Shown one piece after another: positions 28,401-41,527 of a DNA stretch of 64,000 nt; position 1 is the stretch's first letter; each line of letters begins with the position of its first letter. The translations under genes were made by a program, and so were the position numbers. Location: positions 87,668,001 to 87,732,000 of the forward strand of contig JANJGN010000016.1 of NCBI GenBank assembly GCA_026770705.1, in the 5' to 3' direction. The DNA comes from Isurus oxyrinchus (lineage: Eukaryota). The notes beneath the pieces were generated by a model. The model searched no databases and was not told the origin of the DNA. It saw only the letters and a list, made by a program, of their open reading frames with translations.

Positions 28401-31400
28401 GAGTGTCAGTTAAGTGGGTGAGGGGGTAGGGTGTAAGGTAGGTGGGTGAGCGGTAGGGTGGCAGGCCATTGGGGGAGGGGGTAGAATGTCAGGCAAGTGG
28501 ATGGGGGGCGTAGGGTGGCAGGCAAGCAGGAAATTGTGTTAGGTTGTAGGGTGGCTGGCAAGTGGTTGAGGTGGTAGTGTGGCAGCCAAGTGGGTGAGGA
28601 GGTTGTATGTCAGGAATGTGTGTGAGGGGGTATATTGGCAGGTAGGTTGGCGAGGAGGTAGGGTAGCAAGCAAGTGGGTGAAAGGATAGAGTGTCAGGTA
28701 ATTGGGTGAGGGGCTAGGGTGGCATGTAAGTGGGTGAGTGGGTAGAGTATGAGGCAATTGTGTGAGGCGTTAGTGTAGCAGGTAAGTTGGTGAGTGGGTA
28801 GATGTCAAGGAGGTGTGTGAGGAAGTAGGGTATCAGGCACATGGGTGAGGGGATAGATTGTCAGGCAAGTGGCTGAGGGGATAGAGTGTCAGGCAAGTGG
28901 GTGAGGGGATAGAGTGTCTTGATAAGTAGGCGAGGGGTTAGGGTGGTATGAATGTGGGTGAGGGGGTAGATTGTCAGGTAAGTGGGGGAGGGGTTAGGGT
29001 GTATCGATAAGTAGGCGAGGGGATAGGGTGGCATGAATGTGGGTGATGGGGTAGAGTGTCAAGTAAGTGGTTGAGGGGTTAAGTTTCAGGCAATTGGGCA
29101 AGTGGGTAGAGTGCCAGGTGGGTGGTTGAGGGGGTAGATTGTCAGGTAGGTGGGTGAGTGGGTATGGTGACAGGAAAATGGGGAAGGGGGTAGTGTGTCA
29201 GGTAATTGGGTGAGGGGCAGGGTGTCAGATAAGTGCGTGAGGGGGTAGGGTGTAATGCAAGTGGGATGGGGATTGAGTGTCAGGTAAGTGGGGGAGGGGG
29301 TAGTGTGTCAGGTAATTGGGTGAGTGGGTAGAGTGTCAGTAAATGGGTCAGGATTAGGTTGGCTAGCAGGTTGGTGAGGGGGTGGGGTGGCAGGCAAGTG
29401 GGTGAAGGGGTAGAGTAGAGTGTCAGATAGGTGGGTGAGGCCGCAGCATGACAGGCAAGTGGGTGAGGGTGTAGGGTGGCAGGAAAATGGGTGAGCGGGT
29501 AGAGTGTCTGGCAAGTGGGTGATGGCGTAACATGACAGGCAAGTGGGTGAGAGGGTAGGATGGCAGACAAGTGGGTGAGGGGGTAGAATGGCAGGAATGT
29601 GTGTGAGAGTGTAGATTGGTAGGCTAGTGGGTGAGGGTGTAGGGTGGCAGGCAAGTGGTTTAGGGGGATAGGGTGGCAGGCAAGTGGGTGAGGGGATAGA
29701 GTGTAAAGAAAGTGGTGAGTGTGTAGATTGTCTGGCTAGTGGTTGAGGGGGTAGGGGGCAGCCAATTGGGTGAGAGGGTAGTGTGTCAGGTAAGTGTGTG
29801 AGGGGGAGAATATCAGTCAAGTGGGTGTGGGGCTCAAGTGTCAGGTAGGTGGGTGAGGGGGTTGGGCATCAGGCAAGTGAGTGAGGGGGTAGAGTGTCAG
29901 GTAAGTGGTTGAGGGGGTAGAGTGTCTGGCAAGTGGACAAGGTCATAGAATGGCGGGTAAGTGGGTGAGGGTGTAGAGTGCCATGTAAGTGGTGAGGGTT
30001 TAGGGTGGCAGCTAAGTTGACCAGAAGGTAGGATGGCAGGCATGTGGGTTCATGGGTAGAGTGGCAGGTAATTGGGTGAGGGGTTAGAGTATCAGTTTAG
30101 TGGGTGAGGGGTTAGAGTGTCAGTTTAGTGGGTGAAGGGGTAGTGAGTCAGCTAAATGAGTGAGGGAATAGAATGGCAGTTAAGTGGGTGAGGGGGTGGA
30201 ATGTCAGGTAAGTGAGTGAGGGTGTAAAGTGTCAGGTAAGTGGGTGAGGAGGTGGAGTGTCAGGTAAGTGGGTGAGGAGGTAGAGTGTCAGGTAAGTGAG
30301 TGAGGGTGTAAAGTGTCAGGTAAGTGGGTGAGGAGGTGGAGTGTCAGGTAAGTGGGTGAGGAGGTAGAGTGTCAGGTAAGTGAGTGAGGGTGTAGAGTGT
30401 CAGGTAAGTGAGTGAGGGTGTAGAGTGTCAGATAAGTGGGTGAGGAGGTGGAGTGTCAGGTAAGTGAGTGAGGGTGTAGAGTGTCAGATAAGTGGGTGAG
30501 GAGGTGGAGTGTCAGGTAAGTGGGTGCGGAGGTGGAGTGTCAGGTAAGTGAGTGAGGGTGTAGAGTGTCAGGTAAGTGGGTGAGGAGGTGGAGTGTCAGG
30601 TAAGTGGGTGAGGAGGTAGAGTGTCAGGTAAGTGAGTGAGGGTGTAAAGTGTCAGGTAAGTGGGTGAGGAGGTGGAGTGTCAGGTAAGTGGGTGAGGAGG
30701 TAGAGTGTCAGGTAAGTGAGTGAGGGTGTAGAGTGTCAGGTAAGTGAGTGAGGGTGTAGAGTGTCAGATAAGTGGGTGAGGAGGTGGAGTGTCAGGTAAG
30801 TGAGTGAGGGTGTAGAGTGTCAGATAAGTGGGTGAGGAGGTGGAGTGTCAGGTAAGTGGGTGCGGAGGTGGAGTGTCAGGTAAGTGAGTGAGGGTGTAGA
30901 GTGTCAGGTAAGTGGGTGAGGAGGTGGAGTGTCAGGTAAGTGGGTGAGGAGGTGGAGTGTCAGGTAAGTGGGTGAGGAGGTAGAGTGTCTCGATAATTAG
31001 GCAAGGGGGTAGGGCGGCAGGTATGCGGGTGAGGGGTTAGACTGTCAAGTAAGTGGATGAGGGGGTAGAGTGTCTCGTAAGTGAGTGAGCGGTTAGAGTT
31101 AGGAGAATAGGTGAGGGGGTAGATTACCCCCTCAACCACTTAACTGAAAGGCTACCTCCTCACTCACTTGACTGATAATCTACCCCCTCACCTATTCTCC
31201 TAACTCTAACCGCTCACTCACTTACGAGACACTCTACCCCCTCAACCACTTAACTGAAAGGCTACCTCCTCACTCACTTGACTGATAGAGTGTCAGGTAA
31301 GTGTGTGAGGGTGTGGAGTATCAGGCAAGTGGGTGAGCGGTTAGTGTGTCAGGCTATTGGGCGAGGGGGCAGAGTGTCAGTAAGTGGGTGAGGGGGCAGA

Positions 31401-34400
31401 GTGTCAGTAAGTGGGTGAGGGGGCAGAGTGTCAGTAAGTGGGTGAGGGGAAAGGGTGGCAGGCGAGGCGGTGGGGTGGTAGGGTGTCACATAAATGGGTC
31501 AGGATTAGGGTGGCAGGCGAGGGCGTTGAGTGTCAGGCAAGTGGGTGAGGTGGTAGAGTGCCAGTTAAGTGTGTGAGAGGGCAGGGTGGCTGGTAAGATG
31601 GCCAGCATGTAGGGTGGCAGGCAAGTGGGTGAGGGGTAGTGTGAGAGGCAAGTGGGCAAGGTGATAGAATGGCAGGTAATTGGGTAAGGGGGTAGGGTGC
31701 CAAGTAAGTGTGTGAGAGGGTAGGGTGGCTGGTAAGATGGCCAGCGTGTAGGGTGGCAGGCAAGTGGGTGAGTAGGTAGAGTGGCAGGTAAGTGGGTGAG
31801 GGGGTAGGGTGTCAGGTAAGTGGGTGAGGGGGTAGAGTGTCAGGCAAGTGGGTGAGGGGGCAGAGTGTCAGGTAAGTGGGCGAGGAGTTAGAGTGTCAGG
31901 TAAGTGGGTGAAGGTATAGGGTGGCAGGCAATTGGGTGAGGGGTTGGAATGCAGGCAAATGGACGAGGGAGGTAGGGTGGCAAGGAAGTGGGTGAGGTGG
32001 TAGAATGTCAGGATAGTGGGTGAGGGTGTAGGGTGGCTGGCAAGTGGTTGAGGAGTTAGGATGTCATGTAAGTGTGTGAGGGAGTTGGGTGTCAGGCAAG
32101 TGGGTGAGGGCATAGTGTGTCAGGTAATTGGGCGAGGGGGCAGTGTATCAGGTGAGGTGGATGAGGGGGTAGATTAAGGGTGTAGGGCGGCAGGCAAAAG
32201 GAGAGGGGCTAGACTGTCAGGTAAGTTGGTGAATGGGAGATTGTCTCGATAAGTAGGCGAGGGGGTAGGACGGCAGGTAAGTGGGTGAGGGGGCAGAGTG
32301 TCAGGTAAGTGAGTGAGGGGGTAGTGTCTCAGGTAAGTGGGTGAGGGGGTAGTGTGTCAGGTAAGTGAGTGAGGGGGTAGGGTGTCAGGTAAGTGAGTGA
32401 GGGGGTAGGATGTCAGGTAAGTGGGTGAGGGGGTAGTGTGTCAGGTAAGTGGGTGAGGGGGTAGTGTGTCAGGTAAGTGGGTGAGGGGGTAGGGTGTTAG
32501 GTAAGTGGGTGAGGGGGGTACAGTGCCAGACAAGTGGGATAGGGGTTGGACTGTCAGGTAAATGGGTGAGGGGGCAGAGTGTCAGGTAAGTGAGTGGGGG
32601 GTTAGACTGTCAGGTAAGTGAGTGAGGGGGTAAGGTGGCAGGTAAGTGGGTGAGGGGTTATTGTGGCAGGCAAGTGGGGTAGGGAGTCATGTGTCAGGTA
32701 AGTGTGTGAGGTGGTAGAGTGTCAGTTAAGTGAGTGGGGGGTTAGACTGTCAGGTAAGTGTGTGGGGTGGTAGAGTGTCAGGTAAGTAGTTGAGTGAGTA
32801 GGATGGCAGGCAAGTGGTTTAGGGGATCGTGGGTCAGGAAGTGCCTGAGGGGGTAGGTTGTCAGGCAAGTGGGCGAGGGGGTATATTGTCAGGAACTAAG
32901 TTGAGGGGGTAGAGTGTCAGGCATTTGGTTGTGGAGTTAGGGTGTCAGTCGATTGGGTGAGGGGGTAGTGTGTCAGGCATTTGGTTGTGGAGTTAGGGTG
33001 TCAGTCGATTGGGTGAGGGGGTAGAGTGGCAGGCAAGTGTGTGTGTTGGTAGATTGGCAGGCAAGTGAGTGAGTGGGTAGGGTGTCAGGCAATAGGGTGA
33101 GGGGGTATTGTGGCAGGTATGTGGATGTGGGGGTAAGGTGTCAGGCAATAGGGTGAGGTTGTAGAGTGGCATGTAAGTGGGTGAGTGGGTAGGGTGTCAG
33201 GCATTAAGTTGAGGGGGTATTGTGGAAAGCAAGTGGGCAAGGTGATAGAATGTCAGGTAAGTGGGTGAGTGGTTAGAGTGGCAGGTAATTGGGTTAGGAG
33301 ATAGGGCAGCAGGTAAGTTGGCGAGGGGTTAGGGTTGCCGGTAAGTGGGTAATGGGGTTGAGTGGAAGGTAAGTGGGCCGGGGGTTGAGTGGAAGGTAAG
33401 TGGGTGAGTGTGTAGGGTGTCAGGTAAGTTCTTGAGGGTGTAGAGTGTCAGGTAATTGGTGAGGGTGTAGAGTGTCAGGTAAGTGGGTAAGGGATAGGGT
33501 GACAGGCAATTGAGTGAGGGGTTAGAATGGCAGGCAAGTGGGCATTGGGGGTTGGGTGGCAAGGAAGTGGGTGAGGTGGTGGAGTGTCAGGATATTGGGT
33601 GAGGGTGTAGGGTGGCTGGCAAGTGGTTGAGGGGGTAGGGTGTCATGTAAGTGCATGAGGGGGTAGGATGTCAGGTAATTGGGTGTGGTCATAGAGTGGC
33701 GGGTAAGTGGGTGAGGGAGCAGATTTCCAGGTAATTGGATGAGGGGGCAGTGTGTCAGGTGAGGTGGGTGAGGTGGTAGATTTTCAGGCCGGTGAGTGAG
33801 GGTGTAGGGTGGCAGGCCAGTGGGTAAGGGGTTAGGATGGCAGGTAAGTGGGCGAGTGGGATGGGGCAGCAAAGTGGGTGAGGGCTTAGAGTGTCAGATT
33901 AGTCTGCGAGGGGGTAGAGTGGCCTATAAATGGGTGAGGGGGTAGGGTGGCAGACAAGTGGGCGAGGAGCCCGTGTGTCAGGAAAGTGGTAGAGAGGGAA
34001 GGGTATCTGGTAAGTGGGTGAGGGGGTAGAGTGAGGCAAGTGGGTGAGTGTGTAGCGTGTCAGTCTGGTGAGTGAGGGGATAAGGAGGCAGGCAAATGGG
34101 TGAGTGGGTAGTGGGTCAGGTAAGTGGGTGAGGGGATAGGGTGGCAGGCAAGTGGGTGAGGGGGTAGAATGGCAGTCAAGAGGGCAAGGGGGTAGCATGG
34201 CAGGCAAGTGGGGGAGGTGGTAGGGTGTCAGGAAAGTGGGTGAGGGTGTAGGGTGGCTGTCAAGTGGGTGAGGGGTAGGGTGGCAGGCAAGTGGGTGAGG
34301 GGTAGAGTGGCAGGAAAGTGGTTGAGGGTTAGGGAGGCAGGCAAATTTGTGAGGCGGTTAGGGGGTCAGGCAATTGAGTGATGGCGTAGCATGTCAGGCA

Positions 34401-37400
34401 AATGTTTGAAGTGGTAGAGTGGCAGACAAGTGGGTGAGGGGGTAGTGTGTCAGGTAAGTCGGTGAGCGGCTAGCGTGTCATGTTAGTGGGTAAGGGTATA
34501 GTGTGTCAGGTAATTGGGCGAGGGGGCAGTGTATCAGGTGAGGTGGATGAGGGGGTAGATTGTCAGGCTGGTGAGTGAGGGTGTGGGGCGGCAGGCAAGT
34601 GGGTGAGGGGGTAGTGTGGCAGGCAAGTGAGTGATGGTCTAAGGTGGCAGGAATGTGGTTCAGTGGGGTAGGGCGGCAGGCAAGTGGGTGAGGGGGTAGA
34701 ATGGCAGGTAAGTGGGTGAGGGGTTGTGTGTCAGGTAAGTGGGTGAGGGGGTAGAATGGCAGGTAAGTGGGTGAGGGGTTCTGTGTCAGGTAAGTGGGTG
34801 AGGTGTGTCAGGTAAGTGGTTGAGTAAGTAGGATTGCAGGTAAGTGGTTGAGGGGGTAGTGGGTCTGGAATTGCCTGAGGGGGGTAGGGTGTCAGGCAAG
34901 TGGGTGAGGGGATAGAGTGTCAGGTAATTGTGTGAGGGGGCAGAGTGTCAGGCAAGGGGCGAGGGGGTAGGTTGTCAGGAACTAAGTTGAGGGGGTAGTG
35001 TGTCAGGCATTTGGTTGTGGAGTTAGGGTGTCAGTCGATTGGTTGAGGCGTTAGAGTGGCAGGCAAGTGTGTGTGTTGGTAGATTGGCTGGCAAGTGGGT
35101 GAGTGGGTAGGGTGTCAGGCAATAGGGTGAGGGGTTAGTGTGGCAGGTATGTGGGTGTGGGGGTAAGGTGTCAGGCAATAGGTGAGGGGGTACAGTGTCA
35201 TGCAAGTGGGTGAGGTTGTAGAGTGGCATGTAAGTGGGTGAGTGGGTAGGGTGTCAAGCAATAGGGTGAGGGGGTATTGTGGCAGTCTAGTGGGTAAAGG
35301 GGTTGAGTGTTAAGCAAGTGGGCGAGGTGATAGAATGTTAGGTAATTGGGTGAGGGGGGTAGAGTGGCAGGTAATTGGGTGAGGGTGTAGGGTGGCAGAT
35401 AAGTTGGTGAGGGGGTAGGGTGGCAGGTAAGTGGGTGAGGTGTTTGAGTGGACGGTAAGTGGGCGAGGGGGTTGAGTGGAAGGTAAGTGGGTGAGATGAT
35501 AGGGTGGCAGGCAAGTGGAGAGTGTCAGGGTGAGGGTGTAGGGTGCCAGGCAAATGGGTGAGTACTTAGGATGTCATTTGATTGCGTGGGGGGATCGAGT
35601 GGCAGGCAAGTGGGTGTGGGGTTAGAGTGTTAAACAATCAGGTGAAAGGGTAGAGTGTCAGGCTAGTGGGTGAGGTAGTAGAGTGTCAGGCTAGTGAGTG
35701 AGGGGGGTAGAGTGTCAGGTAAGTGGGTGAGGGGGTAGGTGTCAGGCAATAGGATGAGAGGTTATTGTGGCAGGCAAGTGGGTGAGGGGTTAGAGTGCCA
35801 GCTAAGTGTGTGAGGTGGTAAAGTGTCATGTATGTTGGCCAGGGGGTAGTGTGTCAGGTAAGTCAGTGAGGGGGTTTTGGTGGCAGGCAATTGGCGAGGG
35901 GGTTGATTGTCAGGAACTAAGTTGAGGGGGGTACTGTGTCAGATAAGTGGCTGAGGGGGTATGGTGTCAGGCATTTGGTTGTGGAGTTAGGGTGTCAGTT
36001 GATTGGGTGAGGGGAAAGAGTGGCAGGCAAGTGGTTGAAGGGGTTGAGTGTAAAGCAAATTGGCGAGGTGATAGAGTATCAGGTAAGTGGGTGAGGGGGT
36101 AGAGTGGTGGGTAAGTGGGTGAGGGGTTAGTGTGGCAGGTAAGTGGGTGAGAGGGCAGAGTGTCACTTCAGTTGGTGAGGGGGTAGATGTCAAGTATGTT
36201 TGTGAGGAAGTCGGATGTCAGGGATGTGGGCGAGGGGTTAGATTGTCAGGTAATTAGTTGAGGGGGTAGGGTGGCAGGCAAGTGAGTGAGGGGGTAGGGT
36301 GTGAAGCAATTGGGTGAGGAAGCAGCGTGACAGGCAAGTGGGTGAGGGGGTAGGGTGTCAGGCAAGTGGGTGAGGGGGTAGGGTGTGAAGCAATTGGGTG
36401 AGGAAGCAGCGTGACAGGCAAGTGCGTGAGGGGGTAGTGTGTCAAGTGGGTGAGGGGGTAGGGTGTTAGGTAAGTGGGTGAGGGGGTAGTGCGTCAGGTA
36501 AGTGGGTGAGGGGGGGTACAGTGCCAGACAAGTGGAATAGGGGTTGGACTGTCAGGTAAGTGAGTGAGGTGGTAAGGTGGCAGGCAAGTGGGTGAGGAAG
36601 TTGGGTGTCGGGTAAGTGGATGAGGGGGTTTTGGTGGCAGGCAAGTGGGTGAGGGGTTATTGTGGCAGGCAAGTAGGGTAGGGAGTTATGTGCCAGGTAA
36701 GTGTGTGAGGTGGTAGAGTGTCAGGTAAGTAGTTGAGTGAGTAGGATGGCAGGCTAGTGGTTGAGGGGGTAGTGGGTCAGGAAGTGTCTGAGGGGGTAGG
36801 GTTTCAGGCAAGTGGGTGAGGGGATAGAGTGTCAGGTAATTGTGTGAGGAGGCGGAGTGTCAGGCAAATGGGCGAGGGGGTAGATTGTCAGGAACTAAGG
36901 TGTGGGGGTAGAGCATCAGGCATTTTGTTGTGGAGTTAGGGTGTCAGTCGATTGGGTGATGTGATAGAGTGGCAGGCATGTGTGTGTGATGGTAGTTTGG
37001 CAGGCAAGTGGGTGAGTGGGAAGGGTGTCATGCAATAGGTTGAGGGGGTATTGTGGCAGGCAAGTGGGTGAAGGGGTTGAGTGTAAAGCAAATGGGCGAG
37101 GTAATAGAGTGTCAGATAAGTGGGTGAGGGGGTAGAGTGGCAAGTAATTGTTTGAGGGGGTAGGGTGGCAGGTAAGTGGGTGAGGGGTTTGAGTGGAAGG
37201 TAAGTGGGTGAGGGGATAGGGTGTCAAGCAACTGGGTGAGGGTGTAAAGTGTCAGGTAAGTGGGTGAGGGTGTAGAGTGTCAGATAATTTGGTTAGGGGA
37301 TACGGTGGCAGGCATGTGGGTGTGAGTGTAGGGTGGCAAGCAAGTGGGCGAGGGGGTAAGTTGGCAAGCAAGTGGGTGAGGGAGTAGAGTGGCTGTCAAG

Positions 37401-39060
37401 TGGTTCAACGGGTAGTGTGTCAGGTAAGTGGGTGAGAGGGTAGGGTGGCATCCAAGTGGGTGAAGGGGTAGTGTGTCAGGTAAGTGGGTGAGGGGTTAGG
37501 GTATTAGGTAAGTGCGTGATGGGGGTACTGTGCCAGACAATTGGGATAGGGGTTAGACTGTCAGGTAAGTGAGTGAGGGGGTAGGGTGGCAGGCAATTGG
37601 GTGAGGGGATTGGGTGGCAGGTAAGTGGGCAAGGGGGTTTTGGTGGCAGGCAGGTGGGTGAGGGGTTATTGTGGCAGGCAAGTGGGGTAGGTGGTAGTGT
37701 GTCAGGTATTTGTGTGAGGTGGTAGAGGGTCAGGTAAGTGCTTGAGTGGGTAGGATGACAGTCAGTAGTTAAGGGGTTACTGGGTCAGGAAGTGATTGAG
37801 GGATTAGGGTGTCAGGCAAGTGGGTGAGGGGATATAGTGTCAGGTAATTGTGTGAGGGAGCAGAGGGTCAGGTAAATGGGTCAGGGTTAGAGTGGCAGGC
37901 AAGTTGGTGAGTGGGTGGGGTGGCAGGCAAGTTGGTGAGGGGGGTAGTGTGTCAGGTAATTGGATGAGGGGGTAGGGGTCAGGCAATTGGCGAGGGGGTT
38001 GATTGTCAGGAACTAAGTTGAGGGGGGTACTGTGTCAGATCAGTGGGTGAGGGGGTATGGTGTCAGGCATTTGGTTCTTTAGTTAGGGTGTCAATCAATT
38101 GGGTGAGGGGGTAGAGTGGCAGGCAAGTTGTGTGGTGGTAGATTGGCAGGCAAGTGGGTGAGTGGGTAGGGTGTCAGGCAATAGGCTGAGGGGGTAGAGT
38201 GTCAAGCAAGTGGGTGAGGTGATAGAGTGGCTGGTAAGTGGGTGAAGGGCTAGGGTGGCAGGTAATTTGGCCAGGGGGTAGGATGGCAGGCAAGTGGGTG
38301 AGTGGGTGGAATGGCAAATATGTGGGTGAGTGGGCAGGGTGTTAGACAAGTGTGCGAGCGGGTAGATGGTCAGGTGAAGAGGGTAGGATGTCAGGTAAGT
38401 GGGTGAGGGGTTAGGGTGTCAGGTAGGTTGGTGAGTGGGTAGAGTGACAGGGTGAGGGTGTAGGGCGGCAGGCATATGGGTGAGTGGGTAGAGTGGCAGC
38501 CAAGTGGGTGAGATGGTATGGTGTCAGGCAATAGGATGAGAGGAAAGTGTGGCAGGTAAGTGGGTGAGGGGATAGAGTGGCAGGTAAGTGGGTGAGGGGA
38601 TAGAGTGGCAGGTAAGTGGGTGAGGGGGTAGAGTGCCAGGGAATTGGGTGAGGTAGTAGTGTGGGAGGTAAGTGGGGGAGGGGGTATGGTGGCAGGTATG
38701 TTGGCCAGGGGGTAGAGTGGCAGCTAAGTGGGTGAGGGGGCAGAGTGTCACTTCAGTTGGTGAGGGGGTAGATGTCAAGTAAGTTTGTGAGAAAGTCGGG
38801 TATCAGGAAAGTGGGCGAGGGGGTAGGGTGTCAGGCATTTGGGTGAGGGGGTAGGGTGGCAGGCAAGTTAGTGAGGGGGTAGGGTGTCAGGAAACTGGGT
38901 AAGGGGATAGGGTGGTAGGTATGTGGGCGAGAGGATAGGGTGGCAGGTGGGGGGGTGAGTGGATAGGGTGTCAGGCAGGTGGGCTAGGGGGTAGAGCATC
39001 AGGTAATTGGGCAAGTGGTTAGGGTGGCAGGTGGGCGGTGAGTGGATAGGGTGGGTCAGG
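19441..39060. repeat. ~19.6-kb G-rich degenerate satellite, 28-bp unit (GGGTGAGGGGGTAGAGTGTCAGGTAAGT)
   Basis: GTAAGT at 19621 and 19649; 28-bp period in the homogeneous block 30200-30980; internal block duplications (e.g. ~20600-21050 vs ~23850-24260). Confidence 0.93.
22217..22608 (-). mobile_element. Penelope-type 3'-end fragment inserted in the satellite, with a 9-bp TSD
   Basis: CTGGAAAAACTCAGCAGGTCTGGCAGCATC is the reverse complement of the end of the 17958-19106 element; TGGTAAAGT flanks it at 22208-22216 and 22609-22617. Confidence 0.8.
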
Positions 39061-39524
39061 GCTGGGGTGTTGTTCTTGTATTTGGATGGTTCTTGGCTGC
39101 TTGGGGGGCTATTGGGGAGGTAGGGGGTAATCTGGAGGGGCATTCGGGCTGGTGTTCAGGTCGGGTGTCATTGGGATCCAGGGGTGTTCATCGGGGCAGG
39201 TGGGTAGCAGAGGGTGTTATCCCCAGTATATTTGGGTGTTGGGGGTTTTAGTTGTCTAGTTACCCAGGAGTTAGAACTGGTTTTAATCCTCCCAACCTTT
39301 CCCGGGTAACATTTCCAATCAGTAAGTTGGAATGATCGGAAGTCTCCGGGCTTTAAGTCAGAGTTTCAGAGGGATCCAGGCACAGGGTAATTTCCCATCG
39401 GAAGTTCAGACTTCCTGTATAATTCCCTTGTAATCAGTGTGTAGGGAATTCCGAGGGGTTCCCCAGTGCATCTTGGCCTGTGCCTCCGGGCTACCGGAGA
39501 TCGGAATTTCTGGGCCAATGGATC

Positions 39525-40930
39525 AGACGACCAAAAGCTTGGCAAAGATGTTGACTTTAAGGAGTGTCTTACAGGAGGAAAGTGAGGGAGAGACGGGGAG
39601 AGGTGTAGGGAGGGAATTCCAGACATGGGGCCCAGGCAGCTGAAGGCAGGGCCACCAATGGTGGAGCGATTCTGATCAGGAATCCAACAGAGGCCAGGAT
39701 TAGAGGAGTGCAGATCTCTCGGAGGGTTGTAGGGCTGGAGGAGATTCCAGAGATAGGGAGGGGTGAGGCAATGGAGGGAATTGAAAACAAGGATGGGAAT
39801 TGGGAAATCAGGATGTTGCTTGACCAGGAAACAATGTCGGTCAGTGAGCACAGGGGTGACAGGGGAACAGGACTCACTGTGAGTTAGGACACGGGCAGCA
39901 GAGTTTTGGATGACCCCACGATTGCGGAGGGTAGAATGTGGGAGAGCAGCCAGGAGTGTATTGGAATAGTCACATCCAGAGGTAACCAAGGCATGGGTGA
40001 GGGCTTCAGCAGCTGATGAGCTGAGACTGGGGTGAAGTTGAGCGATGTTATGGAGGTGGAAATAGGCGGTCTTAGTGATGACACGAATATGAGGTTGGAA
40101 GCTCATCTCAGGGTCAGATGTGACCCCAAGGTTGTGAACAGACGGGTTTAATCTCAGACTGTAACCGGGGAGAGGGATGGAGTCAGGAGTTAGAGAACAG
40201 AGTTTGGAGTGGGGACTGAAAACAATGGCTTCAGTCTTCCCAATATTTAATTGGAGGAATTCCTGTTCACTCAGTACGGGTTGTGGGATAAGCAGTCTGA
40301 TAATTTAGCAACAGTGGAGGAGTTGAGAGAGGTGGTGGTGAGGTAGAGCTGGGGGTCTTCAGCGTACATGTGAAAACTAACGCTATGCTTTCAGATGATG
40401 TGTCCGAGGGGCAGCATGTAGGTGAGAATTAGGAGGGGCCAAGGATCGATCCTTGGGGGACACCAGAGGGAACGGAGCAGGGACAGTTTTAGCAGATGAG
40501 AGGAGGAGCCGGGAGTGTTTGGAGCGTCCAGCCAGATCTGGCGGTGATGGATAAACCGGTTTCAAGTCTGCCTCCCTTGGATTGAGTGAGTGGAGATGAG
40601 GGTGGTAGCAGGGGGAAGGGCCAGGGTGAGGGAGAGGAATGGTTTTATTGGGGACTAGGATATGAAAGGTGGAGGTGAGGGTGAGGTTGTGTAAATCAGT
40701 AGCTGCAGAAATGTTGTGGTGATCGGAGGGCCAGAGACCAGATCGTTGGGATTGTGAAAGTGCAGTTGGAAGTGAATTGGGGAATAGGTTTTTCCAGGGA
40801 TGGATACAGAAGGGGGTAGGGTTGGGCTGTGGAAGGGGGATGTGGGTGAGGAGTGATACAAGGAAGTGATCAGAAATGGTCTTATCTGTGATTGAAACTA
40901 TGGGAGTAGCGAGACCACGTGAGATGGGAA
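39525..40930 (-). mobile_element. L2-type LINE, decayed ORF2
   Basis: ORF 39366-40106: HIRVITKTAYFHLHNIA..LVTSGCDYSN..IQNSAARVLT, typical of an L2 RT C-terminus. Confidence 0.8.
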
Positions 40931-41322
40931 GGTCACGGGGAGGTCGTGAATATGGTTTGGGGAATTGTGGTTGTGATGATTTAATCCCAGCAACTTCCAG
41001 ATTCTTTTGTGTTTTTAATCTTGTAAATTCAAGAGATTCAGAATAAAACTGATCATTTTAAAATGATTGATACTTGGCTTTGAAACAAATCTGCTGCAGA
41101 TGTGTCATTGATTGACAGGCCAACCAGCCAATCAGGACAATCACTTGCTGAAATGCAGCCAATCAGCTGATGGGGAGGTGGGACATTTCCAAAGCACTCA
41201 CCAGACAGAGACTGAATATTCTTAATGTTTATTACCTTTTACACATTGACATTTACAGAAAAAAGACTTGAATAAACAGCCCAGCCAGAGGGAGCTGGAG
41301 AAATTCACAGGGAGAATGGAGG

Positions 41323-41328
41323 TTTATT
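41323..41328 (-). promoter_or_regulatory. Candidate polyadenylation signal AATAAA of the light-chain mRNA (second copy at 41228-41233)
   Basis: Plus-strand TTTATT ~500 bp downstream of the C stop codon. Confidence 0.6.
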
Positions 41329-41527
41329 AAAACGCTTGTGGAGATTTTCTCCAGAACATGAGAATCCTGTCCCTTTAAACAGTGACTAAACCTTAAATTG
41401 TAACTGCAGGGTGAGCAGGAAGGGGTCTGGTTTACTGAAGCAGACACTTCGGAGGGTCACATTATTTTTGTACAGCTGACAGTCTTCAGCATCTTAGAGA
41501 GGTTTAACTTAGCATCACGAGATTAAA

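Noticed and set aside
19441-39060. Bona fide class-switch region or telomeric array
   Set aside because: It lies beside a light-chain gene, is poor in AGCT motifs, has its G-strand antisense to Ig transcription, and TTAGGG is only sporadic.
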